NCBI RefSeq assembly: GCF_009914755.1
Contig: NC_060930.1
Reading direction: 5' to 3' (one strand)
DNA: 64,000 bases
Source of the DNA: the human T2T-CHM13v2.0 reference genome, Homo sapiens
Shown here: piece by piece, positions 1 to 18,880 of the stretch
How the letters are laid out: each line of letters begins with the position of its first letter
Numbering within the stretch: the stretch's first letter is position 1
Program-made: the position numbers and the translations under genes
The notes under the pieces: model-generated
Seen by the model: only the letters and a program-made list of their open reading frames with translations
The model's database searches: none
Told to the model about the DNA's origin: nothing

Positions 1-78
1 ATTGTCTTAATGTTAATCCTTAACATACACAGCCTAACATATTTATTGATGTGAAAGTTTTTGTTTTATTTTCAACAA

Positions 79-292
79 CACGGTCTCAACCAGGGGTGAT
101 TTTCACTACCAGGGACAATTTGTCAATGTTTAGAGACATTTTAGTTTTTACTGCTGTAGGTAGTGGAGTGTGCTATTCACATCCGGTAAGTTTAGGGCAG
201 GAAAACCGGTAAACCTCCTATAATACGAGGCTAGAGCCCACAACAAAATTATCAGGTCCAAAAATGTCAACAGTATTGAAGGTGAGACAATT
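79..292 (+). mobile_element. MER20 (hAT-Charlie DNA transposon fossil)
   Basis: Collinear with MER20 consensus: GGTCTCAACCAGGGGTGATTTT...AGAGACATTTT...AAAATGTCAACAGT...GAGGTTGAGAAA-like end. Confidence 0.8.
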
Positions 293-477
293 TCTAGGGA
301 GATATTACACCTTGATATTCTCATTTAATATGCTGGTAATGTAATCCAGCATTTTTCCGAAAATGAGAATAGCCTGGTGGCCTTAAATGTCATTGTTTTA
401 CTCTTATTTACATTGGACTAAAGAATGAGATCAAATGCAGCTGAATAATTTGGATATTTAAAGCAATAACATTTTTC

Positions 478-603
478 ACTAATGCGCATAGGCTTAATGC
501 CTGGGTGACAAAATAACCTGTATACCTATTTACCTATAGGTTTAACCTATATAACAAACCTGCACATATACCCCTGAACTGAAAATAAAAGTTAATAAAT
601 AAA
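478..603 (+). mobile_element. Old L1 (L1PB/L1MA-type) 3' UTR end fragment
   Basis: CTGGGTGACAAAATAACCTGTA...AACAAACCTGCACATATACCCCTGAACTGAAAATAAAAGTT followed by A-rich tail. Confidence 0.7.
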
Positions 604-2569
604 GTAATTACATTTGTTTAGAAATAAAATAAATTTAGAAATGGAAAATATTGTTGAAAATATTCTAAGAATTTTAAATTTATACATTAAAATAAAAATA
701 ATCTGAATATTATTACTAATAGAAAATCTTTGTCTTGATCTCAAATTCCAAGTAGAATATCTTTAGACTATCTCTAGCAATAGCTAACAGAATAAGATTT
801 ACAAACCTTGACAGATCATTTTTCATGCCTGTGTCATTTTAAAATAAACTGATGGCTGTTAAAACTTAATTTAGTTTGAGTCTCTTCCGGATCATATATA
901 TAGTTTTATAGACAGCCATGTTCAATGAAATTATAATATGTAATACAAGAAATATGCCAGATGTAAAGTAAGAATCTCTTTTAAATGCTCTGATATTCAA
1001 AAATCCTTATCAGATTTGCTAAACTAACGATTTTAAACAAAACCTTTTAGTTAAGAAAGCATTGGTCTCAATAGTAAATCTGCCAATATGAATTGCTGCA
1101 TTTTATTTTTGAATTTTCTAAAGGACATCTGCCAGAGTAATTAGATATAAAGTCCTGCATGCAATCTAATAGTAGATGAAAAGTTTAAACTACCAATGAT
1201 ACAATATTGATGCACAGAGGAATGAATTGATTTTTTATGTTATTCTCAAATTGAAAGTCAATCTTTTTATAAAATAAATTACATTTATAAATAAATCCAA
1301 ATAGTGATATTTTAGCTCACTTTTGACAGTAGGTTTTCAGTTTCTGATGTTAACAATGGCACAATTATGATTTGTTGAATGACTTTAAAGTGATCAGATA
1401 AGGAAATAATTAGGGTTTGCAGTAGCTGGAGAAAGAAAAAGAAGAAATATTTTGATATTGCATACTCAATATGGCACATTCTACGTCATAGGCTTTAATA
1501 TCAGTTGACTACTCTCTTTAGAAGGAGTACGGTTTGACCTAGACCAGTTTATTTATTTATTCATTTTTGTAATAATTTTTCCTCATTCTCTTTGACACAT
1601 TGGTTAACCTAAAATTACTGCGCTGCTTAGGACATTGACTGAAAATCGTAGTCTTTCAGTTTGTGGCTGCTCACAGGATTTTTTTTTTTTTGCTTTGGCT
1701 TACTAAATAATCTTTTATTGGAGTTAAAACAACAAAGCTAGTAAAGATATATAAATCAATGCCAAAAAAAAGGAGACAGGTCTACTTATATGCCATTATC
1801 TTCTGTTATTGCCATTGGATAGAAGACAGACATTATCATTTTTAATCAATTGTATACTTCATAAATATGATACAACAGATATTTTTACTTCCAAGATTAT
1901 ACATAGAGTTTTTATGATTCCTTTGTGAGTGTGAACTACATAGCTGTCCCTAAAACATAATTCAGAACAGAAAGGTTTTATTTTTAATTATATAATTTTC
2001 TTGCCCAAGTTATATGGATTCATAGGTTATAGAATGTATAACTTAATATACATTTTTTGCATTTTTTAAAATTTACTATATAATTTATTTGTGAAACCAA
2101 ATTCGATATACAACTATGTAAACCATTAAATATGATTTGGATTAAAATAATCTTAACAGACAAATCCAAAAACACTGCATTTTATTATTTCTATTTCTAA
2201 TGTTACCACCAGGTTTAAACTCCCCTAAATCATTGACTCTACCTATTATGTTTGTGTTTTGAAACATCACTCTATATTGTAACAAAACAAAAAAGGACAC
2301 AATTAGTTTCATATATGTACACAAAAATTTTCAGTTTTAAATAAGGAAATATAGTTTTGAAATTTAAAAAAGTAAATGTTATAATATTTTCTCAAATAAT
2401 TTACTACTCATATTCCCATTGCTTAGTTTCATTAATTTTTACAATCACATTTTACATATCCAAGATATATTTCCAGCTTTATTTTCTGAATGAACTGCTA
2501 GGATCTTAGATGAGTTTATTATTTTGCACGAGGTGCCACTGCTTGATACCTGATTGTGTGTATACCCCC

Positions 2570-4176
<1,607 letters not shown>

Positions 4177-4327
4177 TAAAATCAATACCCACTCTTCCCC
4201 ACGAAACAGAGAAAGTAAAAACAATTACGAGTGGATTTCTATATCACGATGACTCATTTTCAATAGAACACTACCATAGGTCAAATGGATGAATGCATAA
4301 ATAATGAATGGATTAATATCTTTTATA

Positions 4328-4523
4328 TAATCATGTGCCACATAACAACGTTTACATCAATAAGAGACAGCATGTAAAACAATGGCTCATTAAGATTATA
4401 ATAGGGTTCAAAAATTTCTATCACCATTATAGATTGATCACTCTATGAAGTTTGCACAGTAAGAAAATCACCTAACCACACACTTCTCAGAACATATCCT
4501 CATTGCTAAGTGACACAAGGCTA
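4328..4523 (+). mobile_element. Tigger3/MER7-type DNA transposon, internally deleted
   Basis: TCATGTGCCACATAACAACGTTT...TAAGATTATAAT start and CTTCTCAGAACATATCCTCATTGCTAAGTGACACA end; flanking TA. Confidence 0.75.
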
Positions 4524-4843
4524 TATTTTATTTAATGATCATGTAAATATTTGTTGAGAAAAATCTGCACTCTAAGTACCAGGATAAAAGAGATTAATAA
4601 TAAATTAATGATTAAATGCACCATGATCAATCTTATCATTGAGGTCTATATGCTACATTTGGATTACATCATAAAGGCAGAGGTTAATCATCGCAACTTA
4701 CACAACAGGATACAGAGTGGATCAGCAGATAATTACATAATAGAATACAGTCTGTAACCTGCAAGATGCATTAGAATTAATTAGAATCAAACCATATGTG
4801 TGACTTTGGTTTAAATGTGCAAAACCTATTAATATAGATATAG

Positions 4844-5358
<515 letters not shown>

Positions 5359-6848
5359 TAAAATCAACCACATACAATTAAGACTTTGATAAAAGTAATT
5401 AAGAAGTAAAGCAATGGAAAAAGCAATTTTTAAAAACATATATGAATGATTGAAAGCCAGGAGTAAAATTAAGAATTGTATTAAAATATCAGTATTAAAA
5501 TTAGCTATATACATATTTAATTAATGCAGCTAAATTGTTAACAAACAAAATTTACAGAAGAAAAGTATGTTAACATTACTGAATCATCTTAAAATCTTAT
5601 TAAAATTTAAAGTTCTTCTAAACTGAAATTATATCACAGAAAAAAATAATGTCACCTTAAAAAGTTTAGGATTAGAAATACATAATTATTTTTAAATATA
5701 GTCTTTATATATTAATTATATTTCATTAATGTCTTATTTCTTGAATAAACTTTTTTCATGATACTATTTAAGTGCCACATTCTACAATAATATGGAAAAC
5801 CATTCTACAAAATGTGGCATACAGTAATTTATAGGTAGTAGAGCACACCTTTTATCTCTTTATAGCAAAAACATAATGTGTAAATTAATATAACACTAAG
5901 TCCCATATTGTCATTTTTTGTCAAAGAGCTATCTCCTTGAAAACCATCATCCTCAGATGCATCTCTAACTTAAAAAGACCTTAGAAACTGTAACAATTGT
6001 AAATGCATTATAACTTAAAGAGATATTATCTTCACATTAGAGGCTAACAGGCTTATACCTACTGATAGCTGACAAGTATTATAGGAATCCTGGCAGGCAA
6101 ATTGTTGCATAAAAATTATGTAATTTACTAACTGTAAATTAACCTTTAGAGTTTAGCATCAGTCAAATAAGTAGAACAGACAATTGTTATCAAAGCCATA
6201 TAAATGTCTATGAAAATTATTTTTTGCTACCCTCATTTTATCTCCGAAGAGACATCTTGTTAAAAAATGAATAACAGACACATATAAATACCTAATTACA
6301 AGCAGAGTTAAGATTAAAATTCAGCCTCATTAGGGGTGGGATAGAAATCAGTACAGTAAAGAATATTTTGGTGCAGGTAGTTTGTTTCAAACGATTCAAC
6401 CTTCAACATTACTTCACTTAAATTTTAGCAAACTTTCTGCTATAATTTAAGCATACAGACCTATGCCACTAGACATATGTCCTGTGTAAGCCTGGGCTAG
6501 GGGAGCTCTATTAAATACTTACATAAACCCCAAAGATGTCCTAAGAAATAAACTTTGGAAAAACTCTGATGTGCTACAGCACGGATTTTCTCATACAGCA
6601 ACAGAGCAGACACTTGAATGTAGTTATACTCCTGCTTTCCACCTCCCTGTCAAAACAATAAAAAAGGCCACAGGCCTGTGGTTCTGGCCTCCAGGGAACT
6701 GGTGGCTTCTTTAACCCACACTGCTGCTGCTGAATCCCATTTAGGTTTAGGGTTATTTTGTATATGCCTTTGTACAGGCTAAATGCTGGTCTAGTTGAAA
6801 ATCAACAGAAAACAACCTTAACAGCATCTCATTTTATTGTGACTTGAC

Positions 6849-7154
<306 letters not shown>

Positions 7155-8457
7155 TGACTTTAAACTTGAACATGCTTTTGTGCTGTGGCCGAGTTTAGGA
7201 TCCCAACCAGCCTGTGATTACTGTGGTCACCACACAGATTCCCTCTTGTTCCATCTTTTAGATTCCATCTTCTCACTCTCATAACTGTGTGGATAGTAAA
7301 ACAATTATCCATACAGGTATGATATTGGCAGAGAAAATCACAAAATGTTTTAAGGAGCAAACACTTTGGGGATGGTAATAATCTTTCTACCACCTTCATT
7401 GTCTTGTTTAAGTATCTCTACATTCTTCTTTAAAAATTAGGAATATATCTTTCTTGCTCTTTCGTTGTTGTTGAACACCAGAAGGGGATATTCCTTAATT
7501 CTCCATAGCTAAGGACAGTACAGCACAATATTCCATTCAGCAGGTGAAGTCAGTATGAATGAATGCATTTCAATCAGCAAATTGCTGGTTGTGTTGCAAC
7601 TCCTAGTTATGATGTTTTGCGTACTTTGAAGGGCTCCCATTAATTAAGGTATTTCTTATAAGCATTTAGAAAGATTTTTTTTTCTTGGCATGCGACTTGA
7701 AAATTTGTCCTGATATTTTCCCTGTGACAACGTTTTGTGAATTGTAACTCAGCCACTTAAGTGGCTCCTCATAATAAAGCCACATGGTATCCATGTACAC
7801 ATATTTAACAAATCAAACAAGTGGTTCTCAACCTAATCTCTAGAGGAGGTCCTCCTTGTTCACTTTCAATAACTATGTTGAAGAATAGATTCTAAAAAGC
7901 TATCACTAAATTTTCTAATATGTTTTGAAATTTCTGTCCACAAAATCTATAAATCAATAAATGTATAGAATAGAGCATAATAATCCAATTAACGAATTTA
8001 AGATGCCATCTAAGCAGGAATGAATGCAATAAATAGGCCTTCTTACTTCAAAATCAACTGCAGAGGTAATGCATTGCCACTAGAATTGTGTGCTGTGTTG
8101 GTAATAAATTAACAAAAACTTTGGAGATAAGAAAAATCTGCAAATAAAATGGTGTGTCATTTGTGAAATATAATCACAAAAATGTTCAGATTTTTATAGT
8201 TAACAGAAAAATTATTGTTTTTATTATCTCCAGTGTTTAACAGACACTATTCATGTATACATACAACATTCTTATAATAACTCTTGTGTCCATGTAAATA
8301 GCAGTCTTGCCAAAAAGAATTGATTATCATGTAGCAGTTTGTAAGTGTTTTCATGCATAGGCTGCAACCTTTTAGAGTGCTATTCTAATAAATTATTAAT
8401 ATTAACTTGATGAATACAATTCTAAGACATTTCATTTGAGGATATGTTTATTAACTA

Positions 8458-8499
8458 TTAGGTTGGTACAAAACGCATTGCGTTTTTTGCCATTACTTT
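8458..8499 (+). mobile_element. MADE1/Hsmar1 half-element (single TIR)
   Basis: TA + TTAGGTTGGTACAAAA...TTGCG.TTTTTGCCATTACTTT matches the Hsmar1 TIR. Confidence 0.75.
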
Positions 8500-8639
8500 C
8501 CATAAAAAATAGAACCAGCATTTAGAAATCTACCTTCAGAAACTTAATTAAAATGAGAATTTGTCCTCTTTTACATATAGGAAGCCTGCATAATAAGCAT
8601 TCTGTTGCTAGTACATAAGCTTCCCATTTTCATCAAGAA

Positions 8640-8950
8640 CCTATACACTTCCATTTCTCTTTTACTAACTTCAATGCATGACTTCTATCTTCAAGGTGAT
8701 TTCATGCTTCTAGCCACCATGTCTGTACTCCAGGACAGCAGCAGAAAGTGTAGAAAAATAAAAAAGACATACCTCCCTAATGAGTCAACTGCACTTAAGG
8801 AGCCATCTCAGAAGTTTCCCACGGCTTATTTTAATACAGCTACATCCAGATGCAAGGAATGCTGGGAAATGTGGTATTGTGCGCAGCTAAAGTTGGGATT
8901 ATGTTAGTGAAAATGAGACCATGAACACTGGAAGGTTAAAAGCAATCTCT
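8640..8950 (-). mobile_element. Old MaLR LTR remnant (MLT1J/I-like)
   Basis: CATGTCTGTACTCCAGGACAGCAG...GATGCAAGGAATGCTGGGAAATGTGGT motifs; boundaries approximate. Confidence 0.55.
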
Positions 8951-11024
8951 CATGACATATACAATACAGAAATTAAATTAAATCTTTAAGCAATGTGATA
9001 AACCTATGGAATGTTAACAGGCAAAAATAGCAACATTAAAAATTACAGTGAGGGAATAAGGTATGATTCGTTTGTAGATGGTTTGTGTGTCATTAATCTA
9101 GGCAAAAAGTGATAAACTCCTCTAACAGTGACCAAATGTATAAAAGAAATAATAATACACACTATGGCTAACAACATTCCATTTTGGCCTGTTTACTGTT
9201 GTTGTTAAGTCTCTATGGTTAGCATCAGAAATGTACAGTTTTGATAGCCTATGACCTCAACATGTTCAGTTTGATAGTAGAAAGGACAACATAAAGACAA
9301 ACCAATCAACAAATAAGAATAAAAACTGTTAAAAAAGGACAATATTATCATAAGAACATAAGGATGTGATAATGTATTTGATATATCGTTTATTTATTGT
9401 TTTATAGTTTGATAATACATATAAATTTACTGCTCCTTCAATGTTAGAATCAATAGAATCATAGCAGAAGTAAGTAAGCAGATAAAGATCAAAATGTCAC
9501 CTTTATTACTTACTGTTTGAAAAATAGTCTAAGGCTGGTTTTACAGGGTTGCTCCTATCCATCACCTGATGTGAACTTTCTTAGGAAGCTTCAGGACTAC
9601 ACCAAAGAACCAGAACCTGCTCCTTCACTCTGTTGCATTGTGTGGAGTGCAGGCCATCATGACTGCTCTCTACAAGAAAAAGAAAGGAAATAATTAAGAA
9701 ACGCACAAAAGTTTGTGAATTGAGAATCGCAAAATAGGTATGAAATTGGTTAGCTTTCTAAATTCACCAATCTCATAACTAACACCTGTCCCCATGCAGT
9801 GCATGAGTAAAGGATGGACAGAGTCCATAATGATTATTCTAGGGAAAGCCTTCTGAGTAGAAAGAGGAGAGTTTTGCAAACAGTTTTGTACAGTTTACTC
9901 TTATTTATGCACTGATAATAAATAAGAGTTCCTAAAATTCTCTGCAGAACTCTAGGTAAATGAGATATTTCACTGCTCATGCTGTGTGACCTTCATGTCC
10001 CATCTGCCTAGACTGTAAATATGCTTTCTGAATTTTAAAAGAATTAGTATACTATGCTTACATTAAGCAAAACAGTACCCTTATTATGCAGGATCAAGTA
10101 GCACTCTCAAGATTCATGTTTATGAAAAAACACTGATGATTCTATTTTATTATGTGTCTTCTAAAGAGAAAAATACTTGTGCTCTGCCGCATAATTTTAC
10201 AATGTGCTATTCTAAATACTTTCATTTAAACAAGATCATTATGAAAATGTTTTGCACACAGAAATATATTTTGAATACTTTTTTAAAAAGATCACAAAGT
10301 ATATGGTCTCTGTACGTGTTCAATTATTTTAATGCTTTCACTATAACAGGAATTCTTAAAGAGGATATGTATTTGCATAATGCTGATAATCCTTTCTCAT
10401 TTCTGTTTGTGCTTTGGCTGTTGTTATAACCGCTGAAAGTAGTAATTATATGAGTGTATTATCCATGATTATCTTTAGATATATGTGCATTTTCTTTAAT
10501 TAAACTATAAACTCTAAATGAAAAATAAAAAAGAAGTCACCTCTTGTCTCTTTGTACAATATTAAAATTTTTTTCTTATATCCAGAGTTTCCCAAACGCC
10601 TGTTGCAAAATTTTACTTAGGGAGCAGAAAGTGGAGAATCAATATGGTAAAAAAAAACTGTGTTACAGGGAAGGAGACACAGGGTAAGCATTTTCCTTAT
10701 CTTCTCTCCTGTATCTACGTGCTGCACAAGCATAAATGATAGCAGTCACATGAACGAGTACTTTTCAAGAACGTAGAATATTGTGATGGAAAAAAAAACC
10801 GCTTTGAAACATCGAATAATATAAAAGCCAGTACTACTACAACTATTTTTTTACATCCATAGAAGGTAAACTATTTTTAGAGATAAAATTCCTTCTAACA
10901 GTGGTCCTGATCATTTAACCAATATTTTGATAAAAGAAGGGAAAAATGGACATTCAGTCCAAAGATGGGCATGTATTCCCATGCCCAGTCAGGCAAAACT
11001 TGTGGATGTTCTTTAAAATAACAA

Positions 11025-11230
11025 TTCATTCAACAAATAATTTTTAAATGGCTACTGAATACCTGGAAAGGTTCTAGACACAGGGGCTATACTAATAAAC
11101 AAGAAGGAACTAATTGACAAGAATGTGCTCACTGACAATGAAACATCTCCTCATGGAGCTTGAGTTCTATTTGAAAAGACAGAGAACAAAAAAATATTAT
11201 TGCACAGAGTGTTAGTTATGTGTGAATTAA
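11025..11230 (-). mobile_element. L2 3' end fragment
   Basis: TTCATTCAACAAATAATTT...CTCCTCATGGAGCTTGAGTTCTA...AGACAGA. Confidence 0.65.
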
Positions 11231-11711
11231 AAGACTGGTCAGTACTTGAAGGAGAAGGAGTGACAACAAATCTCACTTCCAGTTCTCTTTACCTGAACAG
11301 ATTAATTCTATTTTGTTTCAATGCAACAGTAGTCCTACGGTTAACAAGATCCACTACACAAAGCAAACAACTTATAAAATGCATTTTTTCCTTATATTGC
11401 AAATCAATTTTAAGTGGATCTACAAATATACAATAAATAATATAAATTAGGGATCGTTTGTTTCTAAGGTAATAAGTAGATTTGTTAATTTCACATAAAT
11501 AATTTCAGAAGGAGAGCAAATGTAAAAATGTGTTTTAGACAGTGGAGATGCCATTTTATTGTAAGACTATTTATAATCAAAGGTCAAAGTAATGAGCTTT
11601 CTATGTCAATGATCGTCCTTCTCTATTTCACCCAGTTCCAGACAAACCCAAGTCTTCCAAGTCTCTTCATATATCTGATCCAATAAAATCTACAATGAGT
11701 TCAGTTAGCAT

Positions 11712-11714
<3 letters not shown>

Positions 11715-11743
<29 letters not shown>

Positions 11744-11773
11744 CACACACACAAGCACACAAACACACACACA
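11715..11773. repeat. (CA)n microsatellite
   Basis: Read directly. Confidence 0.95.
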
Positions 11774-14238
11774 CGACTGCATTGAAATACTTGCTCTAGG
11801 GAAGGAACATAGTGTATATGCAACTTGTGTACTTTCTAAGTATGGGAAGACTAATCCTTTAACAACTGCATTTACTTTCTTTCACTTCTATCGTTGCTAT
11901 CTACTCCTCAGAAATCTACTTAAACAACCAATAAATATATATGATGTTGTTATGAGAGTTTTGGAAATAATTCCTAAAAATTTGCATGGCTGCCTCTTTA
12001 TATTTGGCAGCTTCTATCACCCATGGGAACAACCCCTACAGAATGATCAGAATATAAAGCATGTGAGCCCTGGGTTTCTCAGGCACTGGAAGGACCTGTC
12101 AGAATCCTCTCAGGTGCGTCAAAATGGCCGGGCTTTATACCTCATCTCCATTCATGTTTGCATGTCCAGTGCTCCAGGATGACCTAACATTGAGCCAGAC
12201 AATGGTTACAGCTGAGGCAAACTTTGAAGGAGCTGAGAGCTGAAGGCTGCTTTGTAATATTGCTCCTAGCAGCCAAGGGGGAAACAAATCTTTTCTTGAA
12301 GAGCGATCTGTGTCCATCGCAAAATGTTTTTTTCTTAGCTCTTGTAAAATCGAAATTGTTTGCTTTTGAATTTTTTAAAATGATTCCTTTAAGTTTCTTA
12401 ATACCAAGATATCACAAGGTCAAGGAATTTTATAAAGAAGTATTTCTATTTATGTAATTTCCTAAATTTATCTATACATAAATCAGCACTAAAACATGCC
12501 TTTGATACTAACAACTTGATTGGTTTGTGAACCAAATCTGTCATGCAAATACATACGGCTGTTTTTAGATAAATTCTAAAGGTATTACCAAATCATTTAA
12601 TTTTATTGTGTATCTCAATATTCTGGTTGATGTATAAGTTTAAATAGAACAAACTATTTGACATTGAAATGTTCTTTATCAAAGGAGAAGGAATACAATT
12701 TTAAAGCCACAACGAGTGACACATAGTTCTGAATGATTTATTGGCTGTCTGCCATTCTGAAATGGCTGCCAGTCAATGTTACATGTGACATCTTTCAGAT
12801 AGTGTGAACTCTTTTATGCAAGTACCTTTCACTATAAAATTACAGCTGAAGATCATGACGAGAAAAGTGTGGTGTTTATCTTAATGGGCTGAAAGACCTA
12901 TTTCAACAGTTACAATAATTCAGAAAAATAGTCTCAAGTCTAGTATTTCAATAATGTTATTTTCATAGATTTTAGTCTCTAAAGACAATGCTTCAGTTTT
13001 GTAGAAAATGACTTTTCTAATCATCCTGGATTTCAAAATTCTTTCCATCACTTAATATTTAAATCACTGGCAGAACTTGGCATGAGGACTAGAGAGCTGC
13101 CACCAAGCAGCCAGTCATTTTTCTTGGCTTCCCATATGCCATGCCCAGCAATAGAGCATTTCTTAGGGGCTGAGGAATAGCAGCAGTGCTAAACACAGAG
13201 ATGACATTAACAGGAATGAGAGGGTCCAAGCTGTTTTCCTAGACTAATTCTCATTCAGCCTGAATCAAAGCATTTTCCTATCATTATTATAGATATTTCG
13301 CTTGTGGTATTATCTATCTTTTGGCAATGCTGATTTTTTTCTGATTATCCAAATAAGTAATGTTAATGGAAAAAATCAGATATTAGGGGAAAAAAAACTC
13401 TAGAAATAAATGTTAGCCCAAGACAGTAACAATTCAATTAATTTATATGATACCTTAGGGATTGTGTCAATTATTTTTTAAATGAACTTCTAAAAATTCA
13501 ACACCTGTGTTTTCTCCTATGATTACATGTTCAACTAGGGCACAATTGTAAATGGTTGTATTTGGTTGAATTTTTAGATTGTTTATAAGTTTTACTCTCG
13601 CAGACAATAATAATGGAGTTTCTTTGAAAATAAATTTAGTTGTTCTATAACCAAGGCATAAATATTCAATTCAATAAAATTAGCAAAAATATTAAATGAA
13701 AAGTATATTATATATAAAATGCATAAATAAAATAAAATATCCTGCACTGATCATTTTATGTCTATGGTTACCCTATTGATTCTGTGCACATTTGCATGTG
13801 GGTATATATGCAATTTTATAAAATGAAGTATTCATAGTGTACATAAATTTAGTAATTATTTTACCCCTTAAAAGTATATGCAATGAGTGTCATTTACATA
13901 TAAATTCTGTTAACGTGGAAGAAGAATGTTAGTCAAAAAAACTACGAATTTAACAATTTTCTGGTTAATTCAAAGGGCTTTCCAAAAATGTCTTTTAAAA
14001 TTTAATTTCATTTATTTTCTCATAGCAGAATATGAGAATGAATCTATTTTGCTGCAAATTGGCTAGCAATAAATTTTTATTTTTATTATTTTAATTCTGT
14101 AAATTTGGGGAATGGAGTCTCATTCAGTATAAATATTATAATACTAATGAGATTGACTCCCTCCTTCTTAACAGTGTGCATTTTTACCCTCAGTGATTCA
14201 GTGCATGGTGTAGTGCTATAATTAAAAATGAACATTTC

Positions 14239-16317
<2,079 letters not shown>

Positions 16318-17837
16318 TGAACATTTCAAAGACAGATTATGTGCTTCCAAATGCCAAATCATCACTAAATAGCTCTGTGGCATAGAGGAAATTTCACAAC
16401 CTTTTAGTGCCCCAATTTTGTGGAAGAATGGTTAGGAGGCTATTGCAATAACAAAAGAAAATTTGAATAGCTGTATCCAACATGAAAAGATTGCTAGTAG
16501 AATTAAATGAGTTACTATAGGTAAAACAATCAGGGAAGTAATTAAAGAGAATCTGCACTAACATTGTTTTATTAATTTAAAATATCTGTACACAATCCTT
16601 TGATTCATTTGGAATTAGTTTTAGTGTATTTTAGAAAATAAGGTTTATTTTTTATTTTCTCCCAAAACAATTCTTCAAGACAACTTTTCGAACAGTAAAT
16701 TCCTTCTTTGTTTATAACATGTATTTTAATAAAGTGACTTATCTTCATGATTTCTAGGACATCTGTTCTATCTAATTTATTGTTCAGCATTCGTCTGAGT
16801 ATTTTCTGGGCAGCAATTAACCCCTCTGTACCTCTGAGTGCCCACATTTCCTTGATCCATTTCACCTTGCTGATGAATCCTTCTTTACTCATAGTCTAAA
16901 TTTTTTTTTAGAAATTCTGAGAGTGCCCCAAACCTTGGTCTTGGGTCTTCCTTCAATCTTATTTGTCTTTCCACCTGATCTTAATTATTTACATCACATT
17001 ATACCCTATCTTTATGGTGACAAATCTCAAAATTCTCTCTCTGACCTAAACTTATCATTAAAGATTTGGTTGCAACTTATTAAGAAGTCAGGTTCAATGT
17101 AATACATGCATTGTTGATTTAATATGCTCATCAAAATATTTAAAATTTTATTTGAATGCAAAAAAATAAAGCTTTTAATTTTATCTCCTATTTAATAATT
17201 TTGACAAAAACATTATACCAATCATCACTAATTATTGCTGGCTTTTAAAATATTATCTGATTAAATATTTTTGACTTTGAAAAATGGTAACAAATGCTTC
17301 TCTCTTTCTTGTCCCCTTGAACCATACTTGATATTGCTTTTTCCAAATCCGTGCCACAAGTTCAGAATATAACCTGTTAAAATATCTTCTATGTATAAAC
17401 TATCTTTAAATTTTCTTGAGAGAATACTGAGTAACCAAAAGCATTGCTCCTTCACCCTACAAAAGAGAGAAAAATTTAAAAATCCCATTAATTTGTTATT
17501 TTAAATGGTAATTAAAGCTATTGTGAGGGCTCTTTTATCGGCCAAACTTGTGAACAAAAAACAGCTCAAATTTATGTGTAAATAAAATATATTGAGATGA
17601 AGCCTTTCATTCAATGTGTGATTTTCAGTTCATAAAAACACACTGATGTTCAAGAACAAAGACTGGTACAATAACTATCTACAAAATGCTTTTGTTACTA
17701 GATTTTAATTCCTTCATCAAACAGACACAGTCAAAGTTGATAGTGTCACTAGATCTAGAGGTCTATCAATATCCTTCCCACCATTTAATATGTTCTTAAT
17801 CTCAGGGAAATTCTAAATCATATTCTTCTCAATTGTA

Positions 17838-18880
17838 CAGTTGACTCCTGAACAACACAAGGTTTAGGGGCATCAAACCTCCCTAACCCCTCCCCACCAC
17901 CCCAGCACAGTCAAAAACTCACATATAACTTTGGACTCCCCAAAACTAAACTAAGAGCCTAACTGTTGACTGGACAATCCTTAACACATATTTCGTATGC
18001 TGTATGTATTTTACACTGTAGTTTTACAATGAAGCTAGTTACAGAAAAGAAAGTGTTATTAAGAAAATTATAGGGAAGAAAAAATACGTTTACAGTACTA
18101 CAGTATATTTATTTCTCTCATAAGTTTACAATCCTGTGTTTACAAGATGGATCCTTCTTCTGAAATGGCGGCACACACAGCTGCAGACCTCAACCTAGGG
18201 TACCTATCAAGCAATTCATTTTTTTCCTGTAATGTCAGGACCCTTCTCTGTTTCCTGGAAGAACTTTCAGCATCACTAGCAGCACTTTCTACAGGTCTGA
18301 AGGTGTTATTCAAGGTTTATGGTATTGCACTAGACATCATGAATAATACAGGAGAAACATGAGAGATCACTTTTTACTGTGTTAATTTACTGGAGAGACA
18401 AGCTACTCACAAGAAGATGATTAGCATTATGTGGCATTTTAAGTGAATACTCACAACACTTGAGTTCACTGCAAGAACAACAGGTGGAGGCTAGGAAATT
18501 ATCCCAGTAGTACAGTATGTACTGCAGTTAATTTTGTGCAGTTATGATTTACTTTTGTGTATTTTTGTTTTACTTTTCTCTAAACTTCAATTGGCTGCAT
18601 GTATGCTCTGTGTGTGCCTACATCTTGATAAATTTTAACTTTTTATAATAGATGCATATATATTTCATTGTATTAAATGATCACTAGTATCTACATATAA
18701 TTTATGCATTCATGACTTATCATTTCCTTAGTTTTTTAATATTTCTCGTGTAGATGGGTCACCTGTTATCTTTTTCAATTTTTCATAAATCTCCAAAAAT
18801 TTTCTAATATATTTATAGGAAAAAATCTACATATGAGCAGACCTGCACAGTTCAAACCTGTGTTGTTGAGGAGTCAACTA
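17838..18880 (-). mobile_element. Tigger2-derived DNA transposon (Tigger2b-like, ~1.04 kb) with both TIRs
   Basis: TIRs CAGTTGACTCCTGAACAACAC and GTGTTGTTGAGGAGTCAACTA; TA on both flanks. Confidence 0.85.

Noticed and set aside
9547-9680. Possible exon after TTTTACAG acceptor
   Set aside because: No convincing donor and no ORF; motif alone is insufficient.
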